Assembly (NCBI GenBank): GCA_964370115.1
Contig: CAYJIA010000002.1
Coordinates: 9,361 to 73,360, forward strand
Reading direction: 5' to 3'
DNA: 64,000 nucleotides
Origin: an uncultured Eubacteriales bacterium
GTDB taxonomy: Bacteria > Bacillota > Clostridia > Oscillospirales > Acutalibacteraceae
The position numbers and the translations under genes were made by a program. Below the pieces are notes generated by a model that saw only the letters and a program-made list of their open reading frames with translations, had not been told where the DNA came from and made no database searches. Each line of letters opens with the position of its first letter. Position 1 is the stretch's first letter. This document shows, in pieces, positions 1-9,084 of this stretch.

Positions 1-687
1 ATATCCCAAATTTTTCAGATATAACACTAAGTTTGAACAGGCATCGGCACTTTTGGAATATCCTTTCATTGTTGCGAGTACCTGTTCTGCGTGTGGTGCA
101 CGATTTATTAAATCTTTATCAAGTGCAGATGCAACAACTATTGCATATTTATATGTAAGTTTGATTTCTTTGCCACTGTCACCTGTACCCATTATCCCAC
201 CTTTATGAGAATAGAGGTGTTCTGGTCTTAGCTTTACAACGCCTACCAAATCGCCACCGAAATACTTCGCAAGCTCTTTTACCTGCTTTGTTACTATCTC
301 TGGATTTGTAATCATTTTTTCCTTATTAACGTTAGCTTTTTTAGCCTTAGCTGATAATTTGTTTGCATTTTCCACTAACACATCACTAATTTTATTTTTA
401 GCTTTATCAATATTAGGGTTATCGCTGTGAAAAGCTGGCATACTGCCCATAGATGGCATTTTAATAAAAGGAACTTTGCTGACTACTTTCATCAGCTTCA
501 TCATCTTTTGCATATCAGGTGCTTTTTTACCGTCCCCATTAGACATCATGCTTGTCATATTTTTTCGCAGTTCATCATCAGCATTTTTATAATCCGGATT
601 GTTTTCATAATATTCTATATATTCTCGGCTTCCCTCAATCAAACTTATTCTATTGAACAAAACATCTCTCTCATCAAATTGTTTCAT
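1..687 (-). CDS. 5' part of a gene that runs off the window edge; reductive-dehalogenase-like / Fe-S protein N-terminal region (tentative)
   Basis: Absent from the ORF track because there is no in-window stop. The reverse strand has ATG at 687-685 behind AGAGGTG, then 229 open codons to position 1: MKQFDERDVLFNRISLIEGSREYIEYYENNPDYKNADDELRKN...VKELAKYFGGDLVGVVKLRPEHLYSHKGG. The N-terminal pattern recalls clostridial rdh-domain Fe-S proteins. The Cys-cluster part would lie outside the window. Confidence 0.45.
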   Translation of the reverse strand, partial: MKQFDERDVLFNRISLIEGSREYIEYYENNPDYKNADDELRKNMTSMMSNGDGKKAPDMQKMMKLMKVVSKVPFIKMPSMGSMPAFHSDNPNIDKAKNKISDVLVENANKLSAKAKKANVNKEKMITNPEIVTKQVKELAKYFGGDLVGVVKLRPEHLYSHKGGIMGTGDSGKEIKLTYKYAIVVASALDKDLINRAPHAEQVLATMKGYSKSADACSNLVLYLKNLGY

Positions 688-854
688 TTCGCACCTCTTT
701 TTTATATTGTATTAAACTTTAATTTTATTATCTTATATTTATCTTTACTAAACAAGCTACACTATAAGACAAACTGTCCTACTGATGTTTTAACTTTTAA
801 GCTTTAACATAAATAGGACAGTTTTTTATTAGTTTTATAGCATAAGTTTAGATG

Positions 855-2666
855 CTAAGCCACATCATCAAACTGGCTTAAATATAACTCTGCATAAAAT
901 CCTTTTTGTTGTAGCAATGTTTCATGATTTCCAGTTTCGATAATATTTCCGTCTTTCATAACTAAAATAACATCAGCATTTTTAATAGTCGAAAGTCTGT
1001 GTGCAATAATAAATGAAGTTTTGCCTTTTGAGAGTTTATCCATAGCATTTTGTATTAGTATCTCCGTTCTTGTGTCAACAGAACTTGTGGCTTCATCTAA
1101 AATTAACAGGTCTGACTTTTTCACCATTGCCCTTGCAATAGTGAGAAGCTGTTTTTCACCAACTGAAAGGGTAGCATTTGAGAGCATTGTGTCATAACCT
1201 TTTGACATTGTTTTTATCGTGTGGTGAAGTCCTATTGATTTGCAAGCCGAAATAATATCATTATCTGTTATATCTTCACGATTATAACGAATATTCTCTT
1301 TTATACTGCCCTCAAACATCCAGCTATCTTGAAGTACCATTGTGAATTTATTGTGTAGTGCCTCTCTTGTTATTTTTGATATATTCACACCATCGATTAA
1401 AATATTACCACTGTTAACCTCATAAAAACGCATTAGCAAATTTACAAGAGTGGTTTTCCCAGCACCGGTAGGGCCTACAATAGCGATTTTTTGTCCTGCT
1501 TTTATATCTGCGCTAAAGTTTTTGATAATAGGTTTGTTTTCATCATATCCGAAAACTATATTCTGGAAAGTCACATCGCCTTTAGATTGCTCATTTGAAC
1601 TTTCTGTTTTTTCTTTCTTTGTAAGTTCAGTTTCTTCTAAGACTTCAAACACTCTCTCGCTTGCAGCAAGTGCTGATTGCATAACATTTGCAGCCTGAGC
1701 CAATGTTGAAAGAGGCTGTGTGAATAATCTTACATATAGCATAAATGCAACGATTACACCAAAAGAAATTACACCATTCATAGCTAAAACAGCACCGACA
1801 ATACACACTGCAACATAAGCAAAGTTGCTAACAAAGCTCATAATAGGCATCATAAGCCCTGAAATAAACTGTGCTTTCCACGCAGATGTGTATAAATTGC
1901 TATTAAGACCATCAAATTCTTCTTCGCACTCATTTTCAGCATTATAAGCCTTAATTACTGTATGCCCTGAATAAATTTCTTCTATATGACCGTTAATTTT
2001 ACCAAGTTTTATTTGTTGCTCACTAAAATACTTTTGCGACTTTGAAATTAATATAATCATTAGTGAAAAACCAAGTAGTGATGACACAAGTGCCGTTATA
2101 GCCATAATCGTATTTGTCGCAAACATCAAAACGAGAGAACCGACCAAGGTTACCACGCCACTAACTACTGATGACAAACTCTGATTTAAGCTGTTTCCTA
2201 TGGTGTCAACATCGTTTGTAACACGACTTAAAGTATCACCATAAGCATTTTTATCGAAATATGATAAAGGCAGTTTATTGAGTTTTAGCGTCAAGTTTGT
2301 TCGCATTTTTTTGCAGATTTTTTGAGATATACCTGCAAATAAGCTACCTTGCATAAATCCAAAAACTAAACTTAAAACATAAATTACAGCAAGGAAAATC
2401 CCTATACTAAGCACTGCGTTTACATCAATCCCTGTCATCAAACCCTCGGTTATAAGGTCGGTAATTTCGCTTAGTTTCCCCGGTCCGATTAAAGATAAAA
2501 CTGCTGATAACACTGATAAAACTAAGGCAATAACCAATCCTTTTGCGTGCTCTTTTGAAAATGATATAAGTTTGTTTGCACTATCTTTTAAGCTCTTTGG
2601 TTTTTCGGCTACATTCATTCCACCCATAGCACCGGGGGGATTATTTGTTTTTTCTTGTTTAGGCAT
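855..2666 (-). CDS. ABC exporter, fused permease/ATPase subunit (heterodimer partner 2)
   Basis: 603 aa. TM domain followed by an NBD with Walker A GPTGAGKTT, signature LSVGEKQLL and Walker B LLILDEATS. Confidence 0.9.
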   Translation of the reverse strand: MPKQEKTNNPPGAMGGMNVAEKPKSLKDSANKLISFSKEHAKGLVIALVLSVLSAVLSLIGPGKLSEITDLITEGLMTGIDVNAVLSIGIFLAVIYVLSLVFGFMQGSLFAGISQKICKKMRTNLTLKLNKLPLSYFDKNAYGDTLSRVTNDVDTIGNSLNQSLSSVVSGVVTLVGSLVLMFATNTIMAITALVSSLLGFSLMIILISKSQKYFSEQQIKLGKINGHIEEIYSGHTVIKAYNAENECEEEFDGLNSNLYTSAWKAQFISGLMMPIMSFVSNFAYVAVCIVGAVLAMNGVISFGVIVAFMLYVRLFTQPLSTLAQAANVMQSALAASERVFEVLEETELTKKEKTESSNEQSKGDVTFQNIVFGYDENKPIIKNFSADIKAGQKIAIVGPTGAGKTTLVNLLMRFYEVNSGNILIDGVNISKITREALHNKFTMVLQDSWMFEGSIKENIRYNREDITDNDIISACKSIGLHHTIKTMSKGYDTMLSNATLSVGEKQLLTIARAMVKKSDLLILDEATSSVDTRTEILIQNAMDKLSKGKTSFIIAHRLSTIKNADVILVMKDGNIIETGNHETLLQQKGFYAELYLSQFDDVA

Positions 2667-4407
2667 GTTTTAGTTCCTCCTCTGAAAGTTGTGACTTTGC
2701 GATTTCTAAATAAACCTCGCAAGTTTTAAGTAGCTCGTTGTGTTTTCCTTTGCCTACAATTTTGCCTTTTTCAAGCACGATAATTTCATCAGCTTCTTTA
2801 ATTGTAGATATTCTTTGTGCAACAATTAGCTTGATTGCATCTTTTGTATTTTCAGTTAATGCTTTTCTTAAATTTCTATCGGTTTTGTAATCAAGAGCAG
2901 AAAAAGAGTCATCAAAAATATAAATCTCGGGTTTTTTGAACACCGCCCTTGCAATAGATAGTCTTTGTTTTTGCCCACCTGAAAGGTTAAGCCCACCTTG
3001 AGAGACTTCACCATCTACTCCTTTAGTGCTTACAAAATCTTTAGCCTGTGCTATATCTACAGCAGATAAAATCTCGTTTTCGGTTGCATTTCCCTTAGTT
3101 TTTCCAAGGACAATATTGCTTTTAACTGTGCCACTGAAAAGTGTTGCTTTTTGAGTTACAACTCCTATTAAATCTCGAAGTGTAGTAAGGTTATAATTTT
3201 TTATATTGTGTCCATTAACAAGTATTTCGCCATTTGAAACATCGTAAAATCGTGGGATTAGATTTATTAGTGTACTTTTTCCACTACCTGTCGAGCCGAT
3301 AAAAGCGACTGTTTGACCTTTTGTAGCTTTAAACGAAATATCTTTTAAAACAGGTTCTTCGCCATCTGTGTAGTAAAAACTTACATCTTTAAATTCTATT
3401 GAAGTTTCATTTGTTTTTTCGGTAATATCGCCATCTAAAATTTCATTTTCGCTGTCAGTTACTTCTGAAATTCTGTTAAGGGCAACGATAGTTCTTGGCA
3501 GTGTAACAAGGGTTATTGTAAGCATCATAAACGCCATAACTATCTGCATAGCATAAGATGAAAGCACAACCATATCTGAGAAAATAGTAAGCCTATCTGT
3601 CATCTCTGCTGAATTTATTAAGTACATTCCAATGATATAAATTGCAAGCGTTAAGCCTGACATCAAAAATGACATATATGGCGAAATAAATGAAGTTGTT
3701 TTATTTACAAAAGTGTTGGCTTTTGTTACTTCTTCGTTTACATCAGCAAATTTATCTTCTTGATATTTTTCTGCATTATATGCACGAACTACCCTAATCC
3801 CTGTTAAATGTTCACGAGTTACAAGGTTAAGTTTATCGGTAAGTGCTTGAATTTTTGCAGACTTTGGTACGGTTAGGTAAATAACAGTAGCTAAAACTAC
3901 GATTAAACTGATAATTGCAATTGCTGTTGCCATAGTAAAGTCTATATTTTTACCTGAAATTTTTGCCATTGCCCAAATAGCCATAAGTGGTGCTTTTATA
4001 ACTGCCACACAACCAAGAGATATAAACGATTGAATTTGTGTTATATCATTTGTAGAGCGAGTGATAAGGCTTGAAGATGAAAATTTGTTCATTTCATTCA
4101 TTGAGAATGACAAAGTTTTTTTATACACTTTTTCACGAAGTCGCATAGACACACCAGCTGCAATTTGTGCCACGAAATAAGAGGTTAGCAGTGTTACTGC
4201 AAGGCTACCGAGTGCACATAAAAGCATAAACCCACCGGCTATAAGAATATCAGCCATTGCACTACCTTCGGTTTGGACAAGCTGTGTGATTTCTGCCATA
4301 TAGTCCGGTAGTAGTAAATCCAGCCAAACTTGTACGATAAGTGCTATAAAAGTTATCGCTAAAAACCACTTTTCTTTTTTTCTAAGACACGAGATTATAT
4401 TTTTCAT
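2659..4407 (-). CDS. ABC exporter, fused permease/ATPase subunit (heterodimer partner 1)
   Basis: 582 aa. Walker A GSTGSGKST, signature LSGGQKQRL, Walker B IYIFDDSFSALD. An 8-nt overlap with the downstream ABC gene suggests translational coupling. Confidence 0.9.
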   Translation of the reverse strand: MKNIISCLRKKEKWFLAITFIALIVQVWLDLLLPDYMAEITQLVQTEGSAMADILIAGGFMLLCALGSLAVTLLTSYFVAQIAAGVSMRLREKVYKKTLSFSMNEMNKFSSSSLITRSTNDITQIQSFISLGCVAVIKAPLMAIWAMAKISGKNIDFTMATAIAIISLIVVLATVIYLTVPKSAKIQALTDKLNLVTREHLTGIRVVRAYNAEKYQEDKFADVNEEVTKANTFVNKTTSFISPYMSFLMSGLTLAIYIIGMYLINSAEMTDRLTIFSDMVVLSSYAMQIVMAFMMLTITLVTLPRTIVALNRISEVTDSENEILDGDITEKTNETSIEFKDVSFYYTDGEEPVLKDISFKATKGQTVAFIGSTGSGKSTLINLIPRFYDVSNGEILVNGHNIKNYNLTTLRDLIGVVTQKATLFSGTVKSNIVLGKTKGNATENEILSAVDIAQAKDFVSTKGVDGEVSQGGLNLSGGQKQRLSIARAVFKKPEIYIFDDSFSALDYKTDRNLRKALTENTKDAIKLIVAQRISTIKEADEIIVLEKGKIVGKGKHNELLKTCEVYLEIAKSQLSEEELKHA

Positions 4408-4417
4408 AAGTTTTCCT

Positions 4418-4900
4418 CTATTCTATTACAGGTTTTGTTCCTGTGTTATTTAGTTCGTTATAATAGATTTCGCCTTCGATTTCAACAAATTTTGAATTTG
4501 CTTTGCAGTGTCCAAAAATCGTGTTATCTTCCATATTGATTACAAGGGAGTCAAATCCATTTACCATATCTATCTCCCATGTTACAAAGTAAATGTCATC
4601 GCTGATTTTGCTATATTGTGGATATACAGTAGCTTCCATTCCATCAAAATCTCCAGCAAGTCCAGTCCAAACTATACTATCTTCTTTAATCTCTACATAA
4701 AAATCCCAACCGATGTCATATCGCCAAGCAAAAGATTTATCTATGAGTTCGGCTGGAATTTCTGTTTCCTCAAAAACAGGGTCTATGTTTGGAACATTGA
4801 AGTAGAATAAACTGTATCCTATTCCTGCGATAATTCCAATTATTATTAATATTCGATAAACTCTAAGTTCAATTTTTGACGACCATTTTAAATTTTTCAT
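4418..4900 (-). CDS. membrane-anchored hypothetical protein in the MarR/ABC operon
   Basis: 160 aa with one N-terminal TM helix (ILIIIGIIAGIGYSLFYF) and a beta-rich C-terminal part. It lies between marR and the ABC genes. A faint MoaF-like impression could not be verified. Confidence 0.6.
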   Translation of the reverse strand: MKNLKWSSKIELRVYRILIIIGIIAGIGYSLFYFNVPNIDPVFEETEIPAELIDKSFAWRYDIGWDFYVEIKEDSIVWTGLAGDFDGMEATVYPQYSKISDDIYFVTWEIDMVNGFDSLVINMEDNTIFGHCKANSKFVEIEGEIYYNELNNTGTKPVIE

Positions 4901-4984
4901 AAGTTTTCCTCTTTCTTTTCAAAATAATAGCTAACATTTAAAAGCTAACTGTTGATACCGCTAAAATATATGAGCCTTTCGGCT

Positions 4985-5401
4985 CTATATATTTTTATAT
5001 AATTTTAAAAGCAATTCACTTAGCTTAGCAATATCTTCATCACTAAAATTTTCAAATAACTCTTTTTCGTTTTTCATTCTTGCTTTATCAGCCTCTGCCC
5101 AAACTTTCATTCCAACTTCTGTTAGTTTGGCATTTTTAATGCGCTTATCATCAGGGGACACACTAAGCTCTATAAAATCTTTCTTCTCAAGTCGTGCTAT
5201 AGTTCCTTGCATCGTGGCTTGAGATACCTCAAATGCCTTTTCTAAGTTTTTGAGTGAAGCTGTTTGATTTTCCATTGCTGATAGATAACCTAAAACTCCA
5301 CATTGTCCTATAGTGAGTCCATAAGGTTTTAGATTAACATTAGCATTATTTTCCACTGAATCTTTAATTTTTTTAAATAAAAGAAATATATCTTTTTTCA
5401 T
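4985..5401 (-). CDS. MarR-family transcriptional regulator
   Basis: 138 aa with a winged-helix layout typical of MarR (LTIGQCGVLGYL...QATMQGTIARLEKKDFI...DDKRIK). First gene of the exporter operon. Confidence 0.85.
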   Translation of the reverse strand: MKKDIFLLFKKIKDSVENNANVNLKPYGLTIGQCGVLGYLSAMENQTASLKNLEKAFEVSQATMQGTIARLEKKDFIELSVSPDDKRIKNAKLTEVGMKVWAEADKARMKNEKELFENFSDEDIAKLSELLLKLYKNI

Positions 5402-5756
5402 TTTGCTTACCTCCTGTTGGACATATTATAACATATTAAAAGCACACTGTCAATAGTTAGCTTTTGATTTTTTTAAAAAAGTTCTTTGAGTGATTATTAA
5501 AATATCTTCTGCTGCAATTATATATTATTAATATCTACCTAACAAGCTACAGAATAAGATAAATCGTCCTATTTTAAACATAGTAAAATGTTGCAAAAAA
5601 TAACACTGTTGCATTGCTACAAAAGTGTTATTTCTCGTATTCAGTTGATTTGACCCCCTTGGTCAGTATGTTTCTTTACTGGTATCCGTATTTTTGGGTG
5701 GATTTTTTTTGATTATATATCGTAAGGCAGAGCCTTTGCCCTGAGATGTTTATTTT

Positions 5757-5929
5757 CTAAATATCAAATTTTCCTAAATATGTTTTTCTTTTTTTTGGTA
5801 ATAAAATTTCATCTGTGCTTACTTTATAAATCCTTGATAATGTAATAATCGTTTGTATACTTGGTTCTGAGTCATACCATTTTTTTCTCTTAGGCGTTTT
5901 AATCTGTGACCTATATTTGATTTTTCCAT
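5757..5929 (-). pseudogene. XRE-family HTH gene with its helix-turn-helix core deleted (paralogue of 10462..10701)
   Basis: ATG at 5929 reads MEKSNIGHRLKRLREKNGMTQ, then hits a stop after 15 more codons. A shifted frame continues EPSIQTIITLSRIYKVSTDEILLPKKRKTYLGKFDI*, which matches the C-terminus of the intact 79-aa paralogue (EPSLTSIVLLSKIYNVTTDEILLPKKRKIYLGKFDF*). About 22 codons (AEIASFLGITRSAYTYYETGKT) are missing and the frame is shifted. Confidence 0.7.
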
Positions 5930-5951
5930 TTTATTCACCTCAGGTATATTA

Positions 5952-5993
5952 TATGCGATTTACGCATATAATGCAATATGCAATTAACGCATA
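5952..5993. promoter_or_regulatory. two 17-bp operator-like palindromes between the divergent XRE genes
   Basis: TATGCGATTTACGCATA (5952-5968, perfect 6-bp arms) and TATGCAATTAACGCATA (5977-5993, one arm mismatch). Centres are 25 bp apart, in the 91-bp divergent intergenic region. Confidence 0.5.
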
Positions 5994-6020
5994 CTATATA
6001 ATTTCTTAGAGGTGATATAG

Positions 6021-6248
6021 ATGTATTCTCGTATAAGAAATTTAAGAGAAGATAAAGATTTAAAGCAAGTTCAAATGGCAGATTTTTTGTGCGTTTCTCA
6101 AACTACATATTCAAGATACGAAAGTGGTGTCTTAGATATCCCCACAGAAGTATTAAAGCAGTTAGCATTGTTTCATTGTGTTAGTGTTGATTATTTAATA
6201 GAAATGACAGATGTGAAAAAACCATATCCTAAAATTAATAAAAAATAG
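6021..6248 (+). CDS. XRE-family HTH transcriptional regulator (75 aa)
   Basis: Cro/CI-type HTH (QVQMADFLCVSQTTYSRYESG). Same length as 10800..11027 and about 40 percent identical by eye, including the shared C-terminal TD.KKPY. Confidence 0.85.
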   Translation: MYSRIRNLREDKDLKQVQMADFLCVSQTTYSRYESGVLDIPTEVLKQLALFHCVSVDYLIEMTDVKKPYPKINKK

Positions 6249-6260
6249 AATTATAATCAT

Positions 6261-6287
6261 AAGGACAACCACAAAATGGTTGTCCTT
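6261..6287 (+). terminator. hairpin downstream of the XRE gene
   Basis: AAGGACAACC-acaaaat-GGTTGTCCTT, a 10-bp stem followed by only a weak T tract. Confidence 0.5.
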
Positions 6288-6289
6288 AA

Positions 6290-6418
6290 TTCTTAAAAAA
6301 TAAAGGGCGCCGAAACGACGCCCTTACAATGTTAATTTGAAATTTGTGGAAAATATAATCATACCACGCCGACGGCGTGAACCATAATTATTCCTTATTC
6401 ATTATTAATTATCAATTA
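6290..6418 (-). repeat. intergenic composite repeat (AT arm + CACGCC hairpin + GC hairpin)
   Basis: Read from the pgm stop on the minus strand: a stop-rich arm (taattgataattaataatgaataaggaataatt), ATGG, then hairpin TTCACGCC-GTC-GGCGTGG (6364-6383). Next come the ttccacaaatttc motif and hairpin GGGCGTCG-TTT-CGGCGCCC (6305-6323) with a 5' GTAA. The same modules recur elsewhere in the window. Confidence 0.75.
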
Positions 6419-8095
6419 CTAAAACACTTCCGCAGCTTTTAGCTTCTCTATAATCTCTAGGCTTTCTTCTTTTGTTTTGCCTTTTGCAGATAGATAGGCT
6501 TTTATTTTTGGCTCTGTTCCTGATGGACGAACTATGTATTTTGATCCATTATCAAGTCTAAGCTCTATAACATTTGATTTAGGAAGTTTAATCTCTTCTT
6601 TAGTGTCGCCGTCGGTTTTCACAGAAAGTAGGTAGTCGCTTGTGCCTACTACTTTATATCCTGCTATGCTTTTTGGCGCTTCATTTCTAAGAGTGGACAT
6701 GATGTCAGACATTTTGTTCATTCCGTCTTCACCCTCAAATGTGAAAGTCATCAAGTCATTTTTATAGTATCCATATTTTTCATAAAGCTCTGTCATAACA
6801 TCGACTAGAGTTTTGCCGTTTTGTTTATGATATGACGCCATTTCGCAAATTAGCATAGATGCATTAACAGCATCTTTATCTCTTACATAAGTTCCTGATA
6901 GATAGCCATAGCTCTCTTCAAATCCAAGTACATATGCGCCCTCTTCCCCGTCTTTTTCAAGATCTGCAATTATGTCACCTATATATTTGAATCCTGTTAA
7001 AACTCTGTAGAATTCTATGTCATGCTCTTTTGCGATTGGGTCTACCATGTCTGTTGAAACTACTGTAGTAACCGCAACACGGCGTTTACCTACATTTTTA
7101 TTTTTTGCTATAAAGTCTAAAAGCATAATTCCGACTTCATTTCCTGACATCAAAACATACTCTCCACCTTGATTTACCGCGATACCCACACGGTCGCAGT
7201 CTGGATCTGTGGCAAGAAGAAGGTCAGGTTTTACTTTTTGACAAAGGTCTAAACCTTTTTGTAGTGCTTCTTTAATTTCTGGATTTGGATAAGGGCAGGT
7301 TGGGAAGTTTCCGTCTGGCTCTGATTGCTCTTTTACAAGTTCAATGTCTTTTACGCCTATTCTATCTAAAATAGAAAGAACACAGCGTTTACCACTACCG
7401 TTTAGAGGAGTGTATACAAGTTTTAGGTTTTCGCAAGAATTTGTAAGAACTCTTTGTCCGTTTACTGCATCTATAAATGCTGTCACTGTCTCTTCTGTTA
7501 TGTACTCAACCATGCCGTCTTGTAGTGCTTTTTCAAAGTCTACTTTCTTAACATCGTTAAAAATATCGGTGACTTTGATTTCTGCCATAATAGCATCTGC
7601 CATTTCTTCTGTTGCTTGGCAACCGTCGCTACCATATACTTTGTATCCGCTGTATTTTGCAGGGTTATGGCTTGCTGTTACACAGATACCCGCGTCTGTT
7701 TTTAAGTGCCTTACCGCAAATGAAAGCGCAGGAGTTGGCATAAGTTCGCTGTATAGGTAAACTTTAATTCCATTAGCAACTAAAACTCTCGCTGCTTCTT
7801 TAGAAAATAACTCACCTTTAATTCTGCTGTCGTATGCTATTGAGACGCTAGGCACATTGTCACCTTTTGTATTGTTTAGATAAGTTGCAAGACCTTGAGT
7901 AGCTTTTGCGATTGTATAAACATTAATTCTGTTTGTTCCGGCGCCTATAACACCTCTAATTCCACCTGTTCCAAAATCGAGGTCACGATAAAATCTATCG
8001 TTAATTTCCTCTTCATTGTCTTTTACTGAAACTAGCTCTTCTGTTAAATCTTTGTCCTCTAAATCGACACTAAGCCATCTTTTGTATTCGCTCAT
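6419..8095 (-). CDS. phosphoglucomutase / phosphomannomutase family protein
   Basis: Phosphoserine loop TASHNPAKYSGYKVY and Mg loop ATDPDCDRVG. Start moved from 8113 to ATG 8095, which follows GAGGGAG at good spacing. Confidence 0.9.
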   Translation of the reverse strand: MSEYKRWLSVDLEDKDLTEELVSVKDNEEEINDRFYRDLDFGTGGIRGVIGAGTNRINVYTIAKATQGLATYLNNTKGDNVPSVSIAYDSRIKGELFSKEAARVLVANGIKVYLYSELMPTPALSFAVRHLKTDAGICVTASHNPAKYSGYKVYGSDGCQATEEMADAIMAEIKVTDIFNDVKKVDFEKALQDGMVEYITEETVTAFIDAVNGQRVLTNSCENLKLVYTPLNGSGKRCVLSILDRIGVKDIELVKEQSEPDGNFPTCPYPNPEIKEALQKGLDLCQKVKPDLLLATDPDCDRVGIAVNQGGEYVLMSGNEVGIMLLDFIAKNKNVGKRRVAVTTVVSTDMVDPIAKEHDIEFYRVLTGFKYIGDIIADLEKDGEEGAYVLGFEESYGYLSGTYVRDKDAVNASMLICEMASYHKQNGKTLVDVMTELYEKYGYYKNDLMTFTFEGEDGMNKMSDIMSTLRNEAPKSIAGYKVVGTSDYLLSVKTDGDTKEEIKLPKSNVIELRLDNGSKYIVRPSGTEPKIKAYLSAKGKTKEESLEIIEKLKAAEVF

Positions 8096-8190
8096 TTTAA
8101 TACTCCCTCTCAAATTAATTTTGCCGCTTGTTAATAATTATACTATATTAAAAATACCAAAAAAAGTAAGTTATGTCAAACCATTTACTG

Positions 8191-8640
8191 TTAAATTTTC
8201 AATAAATTCACAAGTGTACCATTATCTTTTATATCAACAGTCGCATATTGACAAAAAACGTCGCAAGAGCCGGGATTTATTACATAAAGTCCGTCATCAT
8301 AATTTTTATATGGTACATGAGTATGCCCAAAAATAACAAAATCTGAATTTGCCTGCCTTGCCGAAAATATAAGGTCCTCTAAATCTCTTTTTACATAAAA
8401 AGTGTGACCATGGGTGAACATGAATTTTTTATCACCTAAACTTATGGTATCAACCATGGGTAAAGCAGAACCAAAGTCATTGTTCCCTCTCACTTTATAA
8501 ACAGGGATAGATAAATCCTGTGGAAAATCATTCTCGCCATCTCCACAAAAAATAACCGCATCATAGTTTTTTTCTTCATTTAAAATTTTCTTTAAATTAG
8601 CCTTATTTCCGTGGCTGTCGGATATTAATAGTACTTTCAT
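8191..8640 (-). CDS. YfcE/MJ0936-type metallophosphoesterase
   Basis: 149 aa with motifs ISDSHGN, GDGEND, GNNDF, THGH and GHTH. Confidence 0.85.
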   Translation of the reverse strand: MKVLLISDSHGNKANLKKILNEEKNYDAVIFCGDGENDFPQDLSIPVYKVRGNNDFGSALPMVDTISLGDKKFMFTHGHTFYVKRDLEDLIFSARQANSDFVIFGHTHVPYKNYDDGLYVINPGSCDVFCQYATVDIKDNGTLVNLLKI

Positions 8641-8688
8641 TTTTACCTCTTTTCATACAATGCACACGCACTGCATAATATATAATAT

Positions 8689-8798
8689 GACTAATGGCTA
8701 AAGGTGAATGACTAATGACTATTTTTATATAGTATTTAGCCTATATTGAGTCTTTCACCATTAATCATTAGTCTTTAGTCGCAAGTGCTAGCACTTGC
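8689..8798. repeat. AT-word inverted arms plus 18-bp perfect palindrome
   Basis: The left arm gactaatggctaaaggtgaatgactaatgac and the right arm gagtctttcaccattaatcattagtctttagtc are built from the same words in opposite orientation (GACTAA, ACTAATGA, GGTGAA). The same words occur at 19023-19055. They are followed by GCAAGTGCTAGCACTTGC (8781-8798). Confidence 0.5.
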
Positions 8799-8829
8799 AT
8801 ATAAATACATTATAAGGGATTTGATTACG

Positions 8830-9063
8830 GTGAACAATAGTCAACTTGAAAATCTTTTAAAAATTACTGCACAAAGACTTGGTACAACGCCAGATGCGTT
8901 AATGAATGCTGCAAAAAGTGGAGATATGTCCAGTATTTTAAAAAATGCAAAGGACGGCGAAAAAATTCAAAAAGTTTTATCAGACCCAAACGCTGCGCAA
9001 AAATTATTGTCAGGAAAACAGGCTCAAAACTTTATCAATATTTTGGGCAAAGAAAATAAATAG
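8830..9063 (+). CDS. small hypothetical protein, first gene of a 3-gene operon
   Basis: The track ORF starts at 8785 inside the palindrome. An in-frame GTG at 8830 behind AAGGGA is more plausible. Contains an LSDPN motif that also occurs in the next protein. Confidence 0.55.
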   Translation: MNNSQLENLLKITAQRLGTTPDALMNAAKSGDMSSILKNAKDGEKIQKVLSDPNAAQKLLSGKQAQNFINILGKENK

Positions 9064-9084
9064 AAATTCACGGAGGAAATATAA

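Noticed and set aside
427-807. Track ORF 427..807 (+), 126 aa
   Set aside because: It is antisense to the well-supported edge gene 1..687 (-), has no RBS, and its peptide is low-complexity and His/Phe/Ile-rich.
771-824. Hairpin AAACTGTCCTA...TAGGACAGTTT as terminator of the ABC operon
   Set aside because: The loop is 32 nt, and the T tract follows on the plus strand, where no gene precedes it. On the minus strand the tract is weak. It is mentioned only under the shared-motif finding.
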